From Phaeosaccion multiseriatum (Eukaryota; Protista; Ochrophyta, other classes): a stretch of DNA of 64,000 bases. The position numbers were made by a program, and so were the translations under genes. Positions 22,573 through 50,042 of this stretch are shown piece by piece. Position 1 is the stretch's first letter. The number at the start of each line of letters is the position of its first letter. Where the stretch lies: assembly GCA_965112735.1 (NCBI GenBank), contig OZ218952.1, positions 310,001-374,000 on the forward strand, given 5' to 3'. The notes under the pieces are model-generated. The model did no database searches. It saw only the letters and a list, made by a program, of their open reading frames with translations, and had not been told where the DNA came from.

Positions 22573-22996
22573 TCGCCCTCTCAATACAGGTACATTTGGT
22601 CTCATTTGAGAGTCGAAGACTCTCTTGCTCTCAATTGAGAGCGCTCCAGAGCCCGCAGGGCTCTGGAGACGCTCTGAGTTGAGAGCAGTGGTGATGAGAG
22701 GAGGGAAAGCTCTAGAGCCAGTCTCAAAAGAGAGCGTTTGGTCTTGAGAAGGTGGTGTCGCGGTGGGCTGATGGAAAAGTGAAGAAGATTGGTGCCTGAG
22801 TCACCCCCGACGAGAATACGCCAAAATTTCGCTCCCTTGATTTCCTCGAGGGTCTCAACTCATAGCGTCTCCAGAGTATCGTGGGCTCTCAATTGAGACA
22901 CCAGCGAGATGAGAGTACAGTGCGTCATCAATTGAGAGCAGGGTTTGGTGTAAAGAGTATATCACAACGACGACGAAGACTTTTTTTGAGAGGCGA
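22573..22996. repeat. Palindrome-rich foldback element, possible MITE
   Basis: Perfect palindrome GCTCTCAATTGAGAGC at 22627-42 with further TCAATTGA copies; 23/24-nt inverted repeat 22661-84 vs 22853-76; candidate ends TCGCCCTCTCAA...TTGAGAGGCGA. No TSD seen. Confidence 0.55.
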
Positions 22997-23275
22997 TTGA
23001 CTCTTCCGCAGCATCAGCTGCACGCATAGAAACCACTCTCATAATCTGAGATCCTCCGGCAGGCCGCAGGAGCTCATAGATCCCGCTGATCCCCACTGAT
23101 GCATGTACTCGTGCTTACCGGGAGAGAGCGCAAGCCGGAGATTTTGCAGTGCCCACGGTGAGAGAGAGAGGTCTGAAGAATTTTGACTGGGTAGGCCAGC
23201 AGACGTGGCTCATCCTGCTCTTGTTCGTCCTCCGCGTCCTAGCTTGGGCTTCTGATGTTGCTGCTGCTGATGCTG

Positions 23276-23312
<37 letters not shown>

Positions 23313-26300
23313 CGTTTGTTGCTGCTTACAGCTGTCCGTCCTTTCCTCGCGAGACTTTTGGCGGAACAAAAAAACGTTACAAAATATCTTCCAAGTCAAC
23401 AAATCCTCCCCGAGGGGGGCCACAACCAAAACAGCGGGGGGAAAAAAACTACGATCAGCAACAGCATCAGCCAGCAGCAACGGCAGGAGCCATAGCCACA
23501 GGTAACAAGAGGCAGCGTGCTACTGCTGAGGAATCCCGCTTGGCACTCTCCCCTGTACTGTGTTTTGTATAGGTAGCGGAGGTGCTAAAGATATTTCCCT
23601 ACACCTTTGGATCTTCCACCTTCCCCCTCCTCCCCAGTATAAATGAGTACTGCCAAGAGCCCGAAGAGCCGGAGGAAGTCTCAGTCTGCATTAGGCTCCA
23701 TGTGGCAGCCGTCTCCCGCCCCATCACGCTGCGATACGGCGGGGACAACACCGCCACTGGCGGATCATCCAGGGGCGGGAAAAGCTGGGGCCGGAAGAGC
23801 GGGGGGCGGGAACAGTCATCTAATCAGAGTTCCGGAAAGACTACTGCTGCGGCGTTGGTCCTTCTCTCCCCTCTGATCCAGGCCCCCTCGCGGACGCCTC
23901 CCGGTTTGACGAGGAAGGAGAGCTACCTAAAAAAAGCTGGATGGCGCGAGGAACACCATGGGACTCCTTGTTCGGCCCACTTCGGCCGCAAGGGGGCAGA
24001 TCAAGAGGCCCAGGGTACGTGAGTGAGTGGAGGGCTTTCCTTCCGTGACTCTCCCTCGTCTCATCTCAATAAATATGCTCTTGCTTTTCTGCATGCATAT
24101 GTCTTCAATTCCCCCACAGAGATAGCCGACCAGAGCACCCTCGCGGCCAACCTGTCCAACGCACGTATATACGTCAAGGCCCCTGCTGCTGAGCAGCTTG
24201 TGGAACGTATCCGAGGGATGCCTGACATCAATGGCGGAGCAGGAGGGCATGGGAAGGAGCCGGAAATGAATGTACGCGGATTTTTCTTCACGATTCGTGA
24301 CCATCATGGTGGTGCACCTTCAAGCCCCGCATGGAGGCCGAGGCATCTGAGACGGCGGAGAAGGTAAGGGATACATACACATACTCATCTTCTTCGGTAT
24401 TATAAGCTGAGCAAGTCTGTATGATTTTCCTACTCTTTTCCTTGTTGCAGAGATAGATGTTCGCGACGGCTGTGAAGGAGGGACACGAGGCGTACGCCCC
24501 CCCGGGGACATTTATTCACAGGGTTCCCCTCCTCGCCCGTAGCTAGGCGGGCTTAGCACACGTCGAGTCAGTCTGAGTGTTTCGCCAGCCAGTGCCAGCA
24601 AGTCTCCATTGATGCACTGCCCCGTGTCGCTTTCCCACCCGTAGAGGGGCGGCCGCAGCTCGGCGCCAGCATGAACAGGGGCATCAACAGAGGCATTAAC
24701 AGGGATAGGGGCGTGGAGAGACAGAGACTGAGCAGCGGTCTCATCATGCGAGGCATGTGCAGCCATGCGAGGACTGCTGCCGGAGGTACCGGAGTAGCTT
24801 GTCCTGCCGGAGAACCAACTTGTGGTACGATTCCTCGGATGGAACCGTCGCCGAGGCGGCGATGAAGGGAGGGTAAGCGTCGGGCCCACTCCTTCTCCTT
24901 GTCCTTGCCCTTGTCCTTGTCGCCCCCGCGGCCACGCTGTTGAGGGGCTCTTGAGCTCGCCACAGAGACCTGTCGCCAAGCAAGGGAGGGGGCTCGGTGG
25001 GCCGCGGTGGGTGGTGAGTAAGGCATGCCACGGGTACACTCGGGTACAGGCTCCATCCGCTCTCTCTCAGTGATTGAGTGATTGGGTGATGGGTGACTGA
25101 CTGACTGACCAAATACCCACGGGGTCCTGTCCGGCGCTGTCCCTTTCTACCCGAAGGCCCTCTTGCTACGCTGCGACGACTCCACTGCTCTGATCCTTCA
25201 CCACTGCGCGGAGGGTACCGGCTCTCTCCCGGGGGGGGGGGAGCAGCACCAACAACGACAATGTCATCACGCGCCCAGACGAGTGCTGTGTATACGTGCG
25301 ATGTGCGAAGAGAAAGGGAGGGGGTGAGACAAGGGGCTGTGAGAAGCAAAAACGAAGGATGGATCCTCATCATGCTCATCCTCATGCTCCTCCTCTTCCC
25401 CTTGCTCTCTGTGGCACTCTCTCGCCTCTCCCCCTGAGCGAAGAGGCTAGCTGAGGGTTTGGTTACCGCTGTGTATGTACACGCACACGCAGTGCACCAA
25501 GACTGCGCCCGCAACGACTCCCCCGCTCGTCGCCAGCGCTGTGATGCAGCCCTAAGATGGAGGAGGGAGGGAGGGAGGGAGGGGGGGAGGGGAAGGAGGG
25601 AGGGGGAGAGGGAGGGGGAGAGGGAGGGAGGGGGACAGGGAGGGGAAGGAAGGAGGGAGGGAGGGAGGGAGGGAGAGGGAGAGGGAGCGATAGCAAGCAA
25701 TGAAGGGGGGGAAAGAGGGCCTGTTGACACGTGGACACCAGCGCGGCAGTGTGCGCTTCTGTTTCAATGGGCCTCCTCCTGCCTCCTCACTGGCACTCAC
25801 ATTGGACGGGGTGGGGGAGGAGGAAGACGAGGAGGAGGCGCTGGGGTGAAGCGGAGCCAAGTTAAAGGGGCCTCATCCTCGGGATGAGGCGAGGAAAAAT
25901 GGAGAAGAAAGTTGGTGCTCCCGACTCACAACTGCCGAGGAGCCCTTTTTTATTTTTATGCTATCACTCGAACAGGAAAGACGCGTCACTCTCTGACAAG
26001 ACGCAGTCTTTCTCTCATATGGAAGAAAAGGACTGCGTCTTCTCCGCATGTGACGCAGGTGTTGCTGTGAAAGAAGCGAGGTTGTGCTAGGCTCAGATAG
26101 CCTACATGTTTCGCCCTCTCTAAGGGGGGGGGGGGCTGACCTCCTTAAAAGAAAGGAAGAGAAGAGAGAGGGCGGAGAGGCTACCCAGCACCGGTCATGC
26201 ATCTGCAGTAGAGCTTTAAGGATTGTGGGGGGGGGGGTGACGAGCGGACAGGTCAAGTGCTTGAAGCAAAGTCGGAATTGAGGTCGGAATGGTGAGTCGC

Positions 26301-27182
26301 GCTGAAAGCAGCCAGGACAATGAGCATGAGGACTTTCTCCGCTTAAACATTTGCGTAATCTGAGTCATGACTTGTCCCTCTCCCCCACAACCTGCCCCCT
26401 TCTGTCCGGCGCTCTCTGTCGTCATGTCGTGCCTCTCGCTAGTGTACGCAGGTCTGCAAGGCGCGGAACGATGAGGCCCTCGCTGAGGGAGATATGAGCA
26501 TAGGAGCCCTCACCTGCTTCTCGCTCCAGAACATGATCTTCGCAGACGGAGACAGAGGGAGGAGGAGAGGTGGGCTACGTGGGTACCTGCTGCCCCGGCA
26601 AGCACACGTTCGGCGCTTGTCATGATGATGCGGAACGCGCTCAAGGACATCAACCACGTTCCTAGTATGCCCAGGGGGTGCCCTCTTCAGGTACAGCTAC
26701 GTGTGCTTCCGTCTTCTCAGCTAGCGGTGCCTCAGTCTCCTCAGCCACAGGAGTACATGTGTGCTCCACAGCGATGGAGGCGCACATGTCCACCTGTTCC
26801 TGGGGAGACCAAAGTACCGTTGGCTGCGGAGACCGAAGCGGCGGCGAGAAGAGGGAAGCCCACGATACTGCGTTGGCCCTCAATGGGGACACTGCGGAAG
26901 AAGGACAGCCCTTCATGATGGTATGCTTCAGTCGCGGTAGCTGCTGTGGACCCGGACGCGCCTGTAGCTGAGCAGACGGAAGCAAGGGTTGAGTCGTGTA
27001 GATGACGCACCGGTGCTTCCGTCTCCTCGGCAACAGGTGCGTGCCGTGTTCCATCGCTGCAGCCGGGGACACCGAAACCGAAGGACCGCTTGCCAACACC
27101 CGCCTCCATCGTCGCTCATGACAAACACCATCGCCCTGCACACGAGCTAAAGGGGCTTCGGTCTTCTCCGCTGCAGGTGCAT

Positions 27183-27460
27183 TCGGCTCCAGGCGAGGTT
27201 TCTCGGGCTTTAGGCTTCTGGGCCGTAGCCCCCTCCAGGCTTCGGGCTTCTGGCCGCAGGCCAGCGCAGGCTTCTGGCCGCAGGCCAGTGGTCAGGCTTC
27301 AGGCTTCTCAGGCTGGGAGAAAAATGGGGGACTTGGCAGGCTTCTCGCTACTTTCTGCAGGCTTCTGGCCGCAGGCCAGCCGCAGGCTTCTTACTTTCGG
27401 CCGCAGGCCGCCGCAGGCTTCTGCTTTATCGGGGGCCCGAGAAACCTCGCCTGGAGCCGA
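27183..27460. mobile_element. MITE family A, copy 2 (278 bp, opposite orientation to copy 1)
   Basis: Same 26-bp TIR; GTGCAT duplicated on both sides; interior GGCTTCT repeats, about 105 bp longer than copy 1. Confidence 0.9.
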
Positions 27461-28409
27461 GTGCATGTGTGTGTCCACAGATATGCTTCCGTCGACTGTA
27501 GCTGCTGTGGGCACAAATGCACTGAGGGCTGAGGAGACCGAAGCACCGGTATAGCCGAGGGCGCAGAAGTGTGCAGCTACTTACCTTTCGTCCGTGTAGT
27601 AGATGACGAACGTGTGTTTTTAAAAATGAATCAAGTCAGTGTTCTCATGCTTCCCACCCACACACCACCCATCCATCAGTCAATCCCTTTCTTTTCCACA
27701 CAACGATGGGCCCTACTCTACTGTGTGCTGTTCGGAGTCATGGGCTGCCTGGTTGGTCTCCATCCGCTACTTGTATGGGCTATTTATTTGTTCCTTCTGC
27801 AGGAGCGTCTTCGGGCGCGTGGTGGATGGAGACTAGAGCGAAACGAGCCCTCGTGACAATCTTCTTGCTTCGCCTCCACTGGTGTGCACGCGACTCCGCT
27901 CTCACGCACGTGACGTACACATTGGTTTGTTTCTTCTCCCCTTACATTCAACAATACGTCACACTATTTGCTATTATAACATATCTCTATTGATTTCCTA
28001 TCTGCCTATGGATATTCAATGTATGTCTGCCCCTCTTTCTTTTTCCGCTTTGTCAATGCGTGGCCTGACCGACGATCCCGTCGCGTCATTCCTCCCCCCT
28101 CCCACACACACACACTTCACTTGACTGAAACGCACTGGATTCCCTCCATCTTCCTCTCCCTTCGAGCTCCTCCGCTTTCAAACTCTCTGTGCCGGGCTGT
28201 GTGACCACGGGTGGACCATCCCTCGGCCCTCGCCCCCTCGCCCCCCGCATCGCCCGGCACAACGAGGGGCTACAGCCCCCCCCCCCGCTCTATCACGAAG
28301 CTCTCGGCCACACACACACACGCGCGCACATCTTCGCTCGTCAACCCCCCCCCAGTCCCCCCCCCCCCCCGTCATGATTGATGAATTGAACCAAGTCGTA
28401 CCTCCCGAT

Positions 28410-42826
<14,417 letters not shown>

Positions 42827-43329
42827 GCTGCACAAGGAAGTACGATTTGTTTCGTAGCCAGGTGGAGAGAAAGGCGGAAAAGAGGGGAAGGATGGAGGGA
42901 AAGAAGTGTACTGTTGTGGGTTGGGATTCGCAAGCCTGTGTTGATGGAGGCGAGGGCAGCAGTTCTCCAGCTCTTCCCCCTCCCTCTTTGGCTCACCTGG
43001 ACCCTCCCTTGCGAATCTCCTTGTAGTGAAGATGAAGTCTACGGTTTCAAGAATGTCGAGGTCTTCGACTTTGAAGTTTCATTTTCAGTTTGCTACACAC
43101 CCACACCCCTTCCCTCCGGCTTCCCCTGGTGGCACGAAGCCGGCCCCGCAAATGTTTTTTTGCGCAATTTACACACCTACTCTCGACCACTCCTGCCCCC
43201 AGGGGACGATGGGGGGGTCAAAAGAACGCGTTGTTTACACAATACAATATGTACATTTTCAACAAGTTTCCCTCCTTTTTTTAAGGGTGAGTAGGACCTT
43301 CCGAGTACGTTTCGAGCTGTCGGATCCCT

Positions 43330-44330
43330 CAGTTTAGCAATTGCATCTCGCTCTGCGTATGGTCTCCTTTCAAAACATGTACGTCTCCGCCCTCTCATGG
43401 CAGAGGAGGGGGGCTCCACCCCCGTCTCCTGCTTCCTACCCTCCCATCTTTCGAGTAAACCTCTCTGCCTCCTCTTCAATTCTTCCTTGATGGCGTTTTC
43501 ATGAGCCCAATGACATTGGAGCAATGGTCTTGCTCCTCTCACCCTCCCACAGCACACTGCTCTGGAGCAGGTAGCCGAGGCTGAGTCTTTTCTTCTTGTC
43601 CGTCACCCCACTGCGCAAAAGTTGCAGAGGAGACCCGCCTCGCAGCTTCTCCAATACGCGCAGGCGGCAATCCTCGGCAGCAAACCCGTGCTTCAAAAGC
43701 GTCTGCACCTGGCTCAATGAGGGACGCCGTAAACTCGTCTCCATGCGGCGGATAGCACCCCCACCGTTGCACTCCGTTTGGCATCCAGGGCCTCCTCCAG
43801 AGACTCTGCCATGCGGAGGCTGGAGTGCACGTCATAGATGTCCCCTGCATGCCCCCCCCCCACCGCATATCCAGCAGCTTCTAAAACTCATCTTCCGTAA
43901 AGAACCCGGCGCTGTCGTCGACGGCTCTGGCCATGGCTGCCAGCGCCATGGAAATATCTGCAGGGGCTCCTTCAATCGCCCTCATTGGTCGTACCCTTCC
44001 CCCTCCCCCCAACGGCCTTACGCACAGCTGTGTTGTACATCTTATCTCTTACACGTAAAGCTGACCCCTTAACAAGCCCTTTTCCCAGCTTCTTAGCACC
44101 GTCCTGGCGCTGGCGCTCCGGCAAGCATTTCATCCACAACGGCGCCGGTAGGTAAGTTGTGCACGTTCATCTTGACCCACTGCAGGTCTACCTCCACCAC
44201 CACCCTCCCCTCTGCTCTTCACTCCTCGATGGCCTCCTGCATGGGTCCTTGCCCACCGACTTGCGGCCCTACACCATAAGGACATGATGGGCAGGGTCCT
44301 TCAGAGTGTTCAGGGAGGTCCTCCGTGCCT
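43330..44330 (-). pseudogene. Decayed coding-like remnant of unknown origin between the myosin and F-BAR genes
   Basis: Short helical protein-like pieces in shifting frames (GPMQEAIEE, LQWVKMNVHNLP, LRVLEKLRGGSPLQLLR, AIKEELKRRQRGLLERWE). No recognisable domain. Confidence 0.25.
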
Positions 44331-44903
44331 GATATGGATTGTAAAAAGCAAGAGAAACACGGCCAGCGAGAGAGCGACAAAAGAGGCTGAGAGCCCCAGA
44401 GGGAGACAGAGATGAACACAGACAGAAGGAGAGAGAGAGAGACCGAGAGAGAGAAAGAGAGGGGGGAGCGAAATTTCGAACCCCCATCACCGACGACACC
44501 ATTTATTACCCAAACTCCAGCCCCTACCAGCATCACCACTACCACACACTACTCACTTACCATGCCGCCTCACATCTAGTCACCCTCTGCCCTTTCGCTG
44601 CGACAGTTTCTCCTCCCTCTCATCTTCGCGTCTCGATTCGGGACTGCCTAATAGTAATCCCCCGGCGCGTCACCCTTCCCTCCCCTCTTTGTACGGAAGC
44701 AGTCATTAGTTTCTCCTTCCAACTCGTGTGTGAACTATATTAAGCTAAAGCCTTAAAAGGCTAATTGCGCTCCGGAGGGAGAGGAGGGGAGGAAGTGGTG
44801 GTAGGAGAGTTCGATTAATCCCTTTTGATCTCTCTCCTCCCTCCTCTCTTTCCCTCTTCTTTACGTACTCAACGCATCCCTGTAGACTTTCCCCTCTTAC
44901 GGG

Positions 44904-45294
44904 ATGGGTCTGCTGGGATCCCCCAACGCGGGGAACGGGGAGGAGGAGGAGGAAGACGGATTCTCGAGCACGAAAAACCAGCCCCCTCTCTCTCCTGTGA
45001 ATCACGCACTTCCGGCGCCCTACTTTCCTACTGCCGCGGCACCCAACCCTTCGTCTGACGACGCTGCATCTTCCTCCGCGCCGCGGCCTCTGGTGCGGGT
45101 CACGAGCTTCGCCACGCACTTACTCCTCGACTACGACAAGGTGAAGAAACGCAGTTACAGGTACGGAGTGCAGTCCCATCTCTCTGTTCCTTGCTTTGGT
45201 GCATCACTGCGTTGATGTCCCCCATTCCCCGTGCTCATATGCTCGCTCACACCCTTGGCTCTCCTCTTCCTCCACCTCGTCTCGCTCTACGTTG

Positions 45295-45336
<42 letters not shown>

Positions 45337-48300
45337 GATGCCTTCCCACTACCATGCCATATGCAGCACAACCAAGGTCATGGAGGACATGACCCAGCTA
45401 CTCAAGGCGCGCAGCTCCGCCGAGGAGGGCTACGCCAAGGGGCTGGAGCGATGCGCCAAGGAGGCCTTCCAGCAGGCTGACTCTACGGGCACCACCACCC
45501 TGCATGCCTTGGAAGGTGTCCGCTCCGACCTGCTCAACAAGGCTCAGCAGCACCGCACGCTGGCCACACAGCTGGTGACGGAGGTGTGTGAGCCGCTGGC
45601 AACACTGCGAGTGCGCCTCTCCTCCAAGCACAAGCAACTTACCACGAAGATGACGCGTCTGCAGAAGGAGACCAAGGGCTTTGAGGACAAGTACCGGCGG
45701 TCTCAGAGCAAGTACGAGCGGACGTATAAGGAGGCAATGTCGGCGGTGGAGGCGGCAAAGGAGCAGGGGGCGCTCCCAGCAGAGCTGCTCGAGCCCGTCT
45801 GCCGGCAAGGACAAGGGCAAGGGCAAGACGACGACGCAGGAGGGGATGGCCACCCTGCAATTCTTAGTGGCGGCGAAAAGAGCGGGAGTAAAAGCAGCAA
45901 GAACAGCGTCACCCCGAAGAGTAAGGGGGGTAAGAAGCTGGGTGGCTTCGGGGGCAGAAGCAGCAGCGGCAGCAGCAGCAACGGCAGCGCCCGCGTCGGC
46001 AGCAGCAGCAGCAGCAGCAGCGCGGAGTCGTCAGGCGGCGTTGGTGGTAGTAGTAGCGGCGGCAAGAGTAGCAACAAGATGATGGCCAAACTGTCCTCGT
46101 ATCGGCCGAACGTCAACCCCAAGGGAGACCTGGTGCAGTGGTTCATGCCCACCGAGAAGCAGCGCAGGGAGGCCTTGACGGAGACCGCAAAGGGGCTGCT
46201 GGAGGACACGGACGAGCTCAGAGTCAAGTGCCGCACCCACTGGCAGACCCTTGTTGCCCACGTTCAGGGCTTTGCAGAGCAGCTTCAGCACGTACTTAAC
46301 GAGTTTCAAGCCATGGAAGAGAGAGTCATTGCCGATGTCAAGGATGCCCTGAGGAAGGCCATTGTGTTTGAAAGCTCTGCCCTGGCCAATCAACAGTACG
46401 ACCTGCAGATGTTATTCAAGGCGATGGAGGGGATGAGTAAGTCAAAGGACCTTGGGGACTTTGTCAATAAGTCAAGGGGCCCGTTCGCTTCGGACGTGGA
46501 GAGCGTTGGCAAGGCCGTGCAGGTATGTGGGTAAGGATTGGGTTGGGGGGGGGTAGGGTAGGGTAGGGTAGGGTAGGGTGGGGAGGGGAGGGGAGGGGGG
46601 GTGCATGCATGCTGCGTGCGTGCTCTGCTCTGAGGGGCCAGCCGGGAGGAAGGACGGTGCTGATTGTGATATTGCTCGTATTTCTCTGATATTGCTTGCC
46701 ATTGCACCTCCACACTCAATGCATGTGGTGTGCATGAGTATATGTATGTGTCTGGTTTTGTCTCATTCTGCTCACACATGGCACACCCTTCCACCACACC
46801 GGCCACCCGACCGACCGACCAACCAACCCACCACTCAGGGCCAGCTGGAGTCCTACAACGGCAGCGAGAGAGAGTGGCGTGTGATCCAAGTCGTGTATGA
46901 GAACGTCTTTGGCATCACTGAGAAGCTCCCTCCGCCCCCGCCCGCGGAGTTCCAGCGCTTGCCCCCACTCCCCGCCTCTGTGCCCTCTGTCGCTACTGCC
47001 GAGAAGGGAGGTGGGGATGAACAAGAGGGTAGCAGGTCCAGTGGTGGCTTGGGGTCTGGGTCTGTGTCGGGGTCTGGGCATGCAAGAGCAGGATCGTCCG
47101 TACCACCAACTGCTATACCTGTGCCGGTGGTGCCTGGCGACTTGAGGGTGCTGCATGTGCTGCCCTTGCTCTATCCAGAGGACATTGACTACCTCACCAA
47201 GGGTGAGATCACGGTGGGGGAGGGGGAGAAAGGTGGAAGCAGCTCTGCCCAAAACGGGGAGGACGAGGATGTGGGAGATGAGGGGGAGACTGGGGAGGAG
47301 GGGGGAGAGAAGGCGGAGTCCTCATCCGAAGGGGGGCATCGTGGGGGCAAAACCGTGCTTGCACCGGCTGGGAAGATCTTTGAGGTGCTGAGTCAAGCGA
47401 GGCGGAAGCGGCAGCACCTGTCGAGATCGTTGGGGGGCAAGAATCAGGCCTCGACCTCCTCTCCTGGGCCCTCTCCCGGGCCATCGCCATCGGCTTCTCC
47501 GTCAGAGTCACCCGCGGGGGAGTGGGGGGCCAATGGCGATGCCGCCGCCGGATTGGATGACGTCAAGCTCTCTCTTGCTGTGCCCACGGGGTCAAGAGCG
47601 GTACAAGAGGGAGGGGGTAAGGGTAAGGATGAGAATGCGGCGCTTGTTGCCGGGGGCGCTGCTGCTGCTGGTGGTGGTGGTGGTGGTGGTGGGGAGGAGG
47701 AGGAGGAGGACGAGGACGAGGAGGAGGCGACGGAGAAGCAAGCGCAAGGAGAAGGGGAAGGAGTCGCCTTCAACGACTTTGCAAGGAGTGACGCGTCGCA
47801 TGGCGAGAACGGCGAGGAGGGGCAGCAGCAGGAGGAGGAGGGGGACGACGACGAAGGGGGGGAGGGGCAAGAGGGGGAGTACAATAACAACAGCTCCGAG
47901 GACAACTCCGAGGACAGCTCCGAGGACGGGGCTGAGGAGAGTGACTCTGAGGACGAGGAGCCATCCAGCCCCATGTACAAGCGCAAAACAGACGGGAGGG
48001 TGATCGACTCAGCAGGGGGCGGCGGGGACGGAGGAGGGGACGGGGGAGGGGACGGAGGGGGCTCCCTTCCCTTTAACTCCCCCTTGGACGACCCTGTGTC
48101 TCCGTGTCTCGGCGTCGTGGTTAGAAGCCCGAGTGTGATGCTTGCCACCATGTCTCCGCACATCCTACGGACTTTGAGGGCGGAGGCTGCTGGGGAGGGC
48201 GAGGAGGGGATGATGCAGGTGCCCGAGGTAGTGACGGAGGTGACTACCGCTGTACTCGCACGGTCCTCGAATGAGGCACCCACGAAGGAGGAGGAGCAGG

Positions 48301-49268
48301 AAGAGGAGGGGGGTGAGGAGAAGAGGGAGGCCGCTGCCCTTGCTGAGCTAAAGCTGGAGCAGGACACGCTGTCGCTCGCTGTGGACTGCTGCAGGGGCTC
48401 GCAGGCAGGCGCAGTCGGCATGTTGCTGCAGCTGGCAGGCCGGATAGAGGAGGGAGAGGGCAAACCGTTGTACCTCTCAGCGGCCGCGGCTTTGGTGCTT
48501 CTCAAGCTGCTCGGGGCACTACTTGATCATGCGCAGGAAGCGCGTTTGTCACGGCTGGCCGCCTCCACTGTCATCCTCTCTCAGCTGTGCTTCCGCAAGC
48601 AGACCCAATCATCATCATTAGCAGCAGTTGGTGATACAGCAGCACTTGGTGACCAGGATGGCTCCTTCGTGCCCTTGGGACAGAGTCGGGGCGGGCTGTG
48701 CACACACCCCATGTGGAGCTCCTCCGACCTTTGGGAGGTGGCCATTTCGGACACCGTGTTGGTGGTGGATGAGTCCGACGGCGGCTCCGACGGCGCTTCC
48801 GATGGCGCTCTTGTTCCCCGCGCCTCTCGCCTGCCCGCAGAGACAGTGGAGAAGCTCCGGGTCGGGTGGGGGCATAAGGCAGGGGCAATGGAGGACGACT
48901 TGAAGCTGGGACAGCTGGGGGTCTTTTCGCACCTCATGCTGTTGTGTGGTGTGCCCGTGGAGAAGGCTTTGAGGTGGGTCAGAGTCCGCCGGGTTCAGTT
49001 CAGTTCAGCTCAGAGCCGTACAGTTAGTTCAGTTCGTCAGTACGTCAGTCAGTCCCTCGCCGCAGTACTCTTTGCTGCTCTCTCACTGCCCCTTCCTTTT
49101 CTCTCGCGTCCTTCTCTTTCTCTCTCTCCCTCTTATCTCTCGCTCCTCTCTCTACGCCCTCCCAGGCTTGTGCAACAGTGTGCTTCCCTCAGCATGGGCA
49201 CGGATGACTCTGCCGCTGCGGAGCTCGCCAACTGCGTGCACCTCATGGCCAGGACAATAAGTCAATGA
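44904..49268 (+). CDS. F-BAR (FCH) domain protein with a long acidic linker and a C-terminal helical, SBF2-like region; 4 exons
   Basis: TSFATHLLLDYDKVKKRSY|STTKVMEDMTQLLKARSSAEEGYAKGLERCAK matches the FCH motif, followed by BAR-like coiled coils to FQAMEERVI..KDAL. C-terminal LCTHPMWSSSDLWEVAI. Introns at about 45161-45366, 46523-46838 and 48974-49165. Confidence 0.8.
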
Positions 49269-49687
49269 GGATGTAGCGTGCACCTCCTGGCTAGGGCAAA
49301 GCTCACAACCACAGTCGCTGCAGTGAGGGTATTGCCAGGCTACTATTAGCGTAGTGAGCCTTTACTCTTGGCTCAAAGGGGTAGAGCTGCTGAGATCAGA
49401 GCTCAGGCAGAGTGATGGGTCTGTGTGACTGAGTCACGAGCGTGTGAGTGAGAGCGGTTCCGTATCGTTGTGGAGGGAGCGATTAGTTCGGGCTTTCTTT
49501 TTTCCTAATTACAACATTACCATGACCGCCATGTGTGAGCGCTCAAAGGCTGTTCCCACAACCACACGATCTGCTATCAACCAGGCCCCTTCGTCCCCCA
49601 CGTCATCCTCCTCTTCCTTCTCTCCCCTATTTTATCGATGTCGACACTGGATATCGATCTCTTCATCTTTGGTTCCTTTGTACTCCC

Positions 49688-49725
<38 letters not shown>

Positions 49726-49907
49726 TGTTGATGCTGCTGCCGCCGCTGCCTGTTCATCACGCATGCTATCCCCGCTTTTTGTGGGTCCTCGGGATGCCCC
49801 CAAGTGGCCCCACATACCCTATCCCTCGTTCCGAAGGCTTCCCGGTGGCTTCTTGCGGTTGCGTGGCAAAAAGGATCATTACTGTGATTTCGCGGTTGAG
49901 TGGCACT

Positions 49908-50042
49908 TTTGACGCCCAATTACGCCCCATTATTTTTTTTTTACGCCAAATGACGATTTTTTTGACGACGTTTGACGACGTTTGACGACGCCTTAGCCCC
50001 CTATTTGACGCCCTTTGACGCCCTTTGACGCACTTTGACGCC
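49908..50042. promoter_or_regulatory. Array of 9 same-strand TGACG motifs, in two runs with an exact 10-bp period, upstream of the PKS
   Basis: (TTTGACGACG)x3 and (TTTGACGCCC-like)x4 plus two more TGACG. The regulatory role is inferred. Confidence 0.4.

Noticed and set aside
27569-28000. Small hydrophobic ORFs suggesting a membrane protein
   Set aside because: Broken across frames, with no recognisable family and no convincing start or splice structure.
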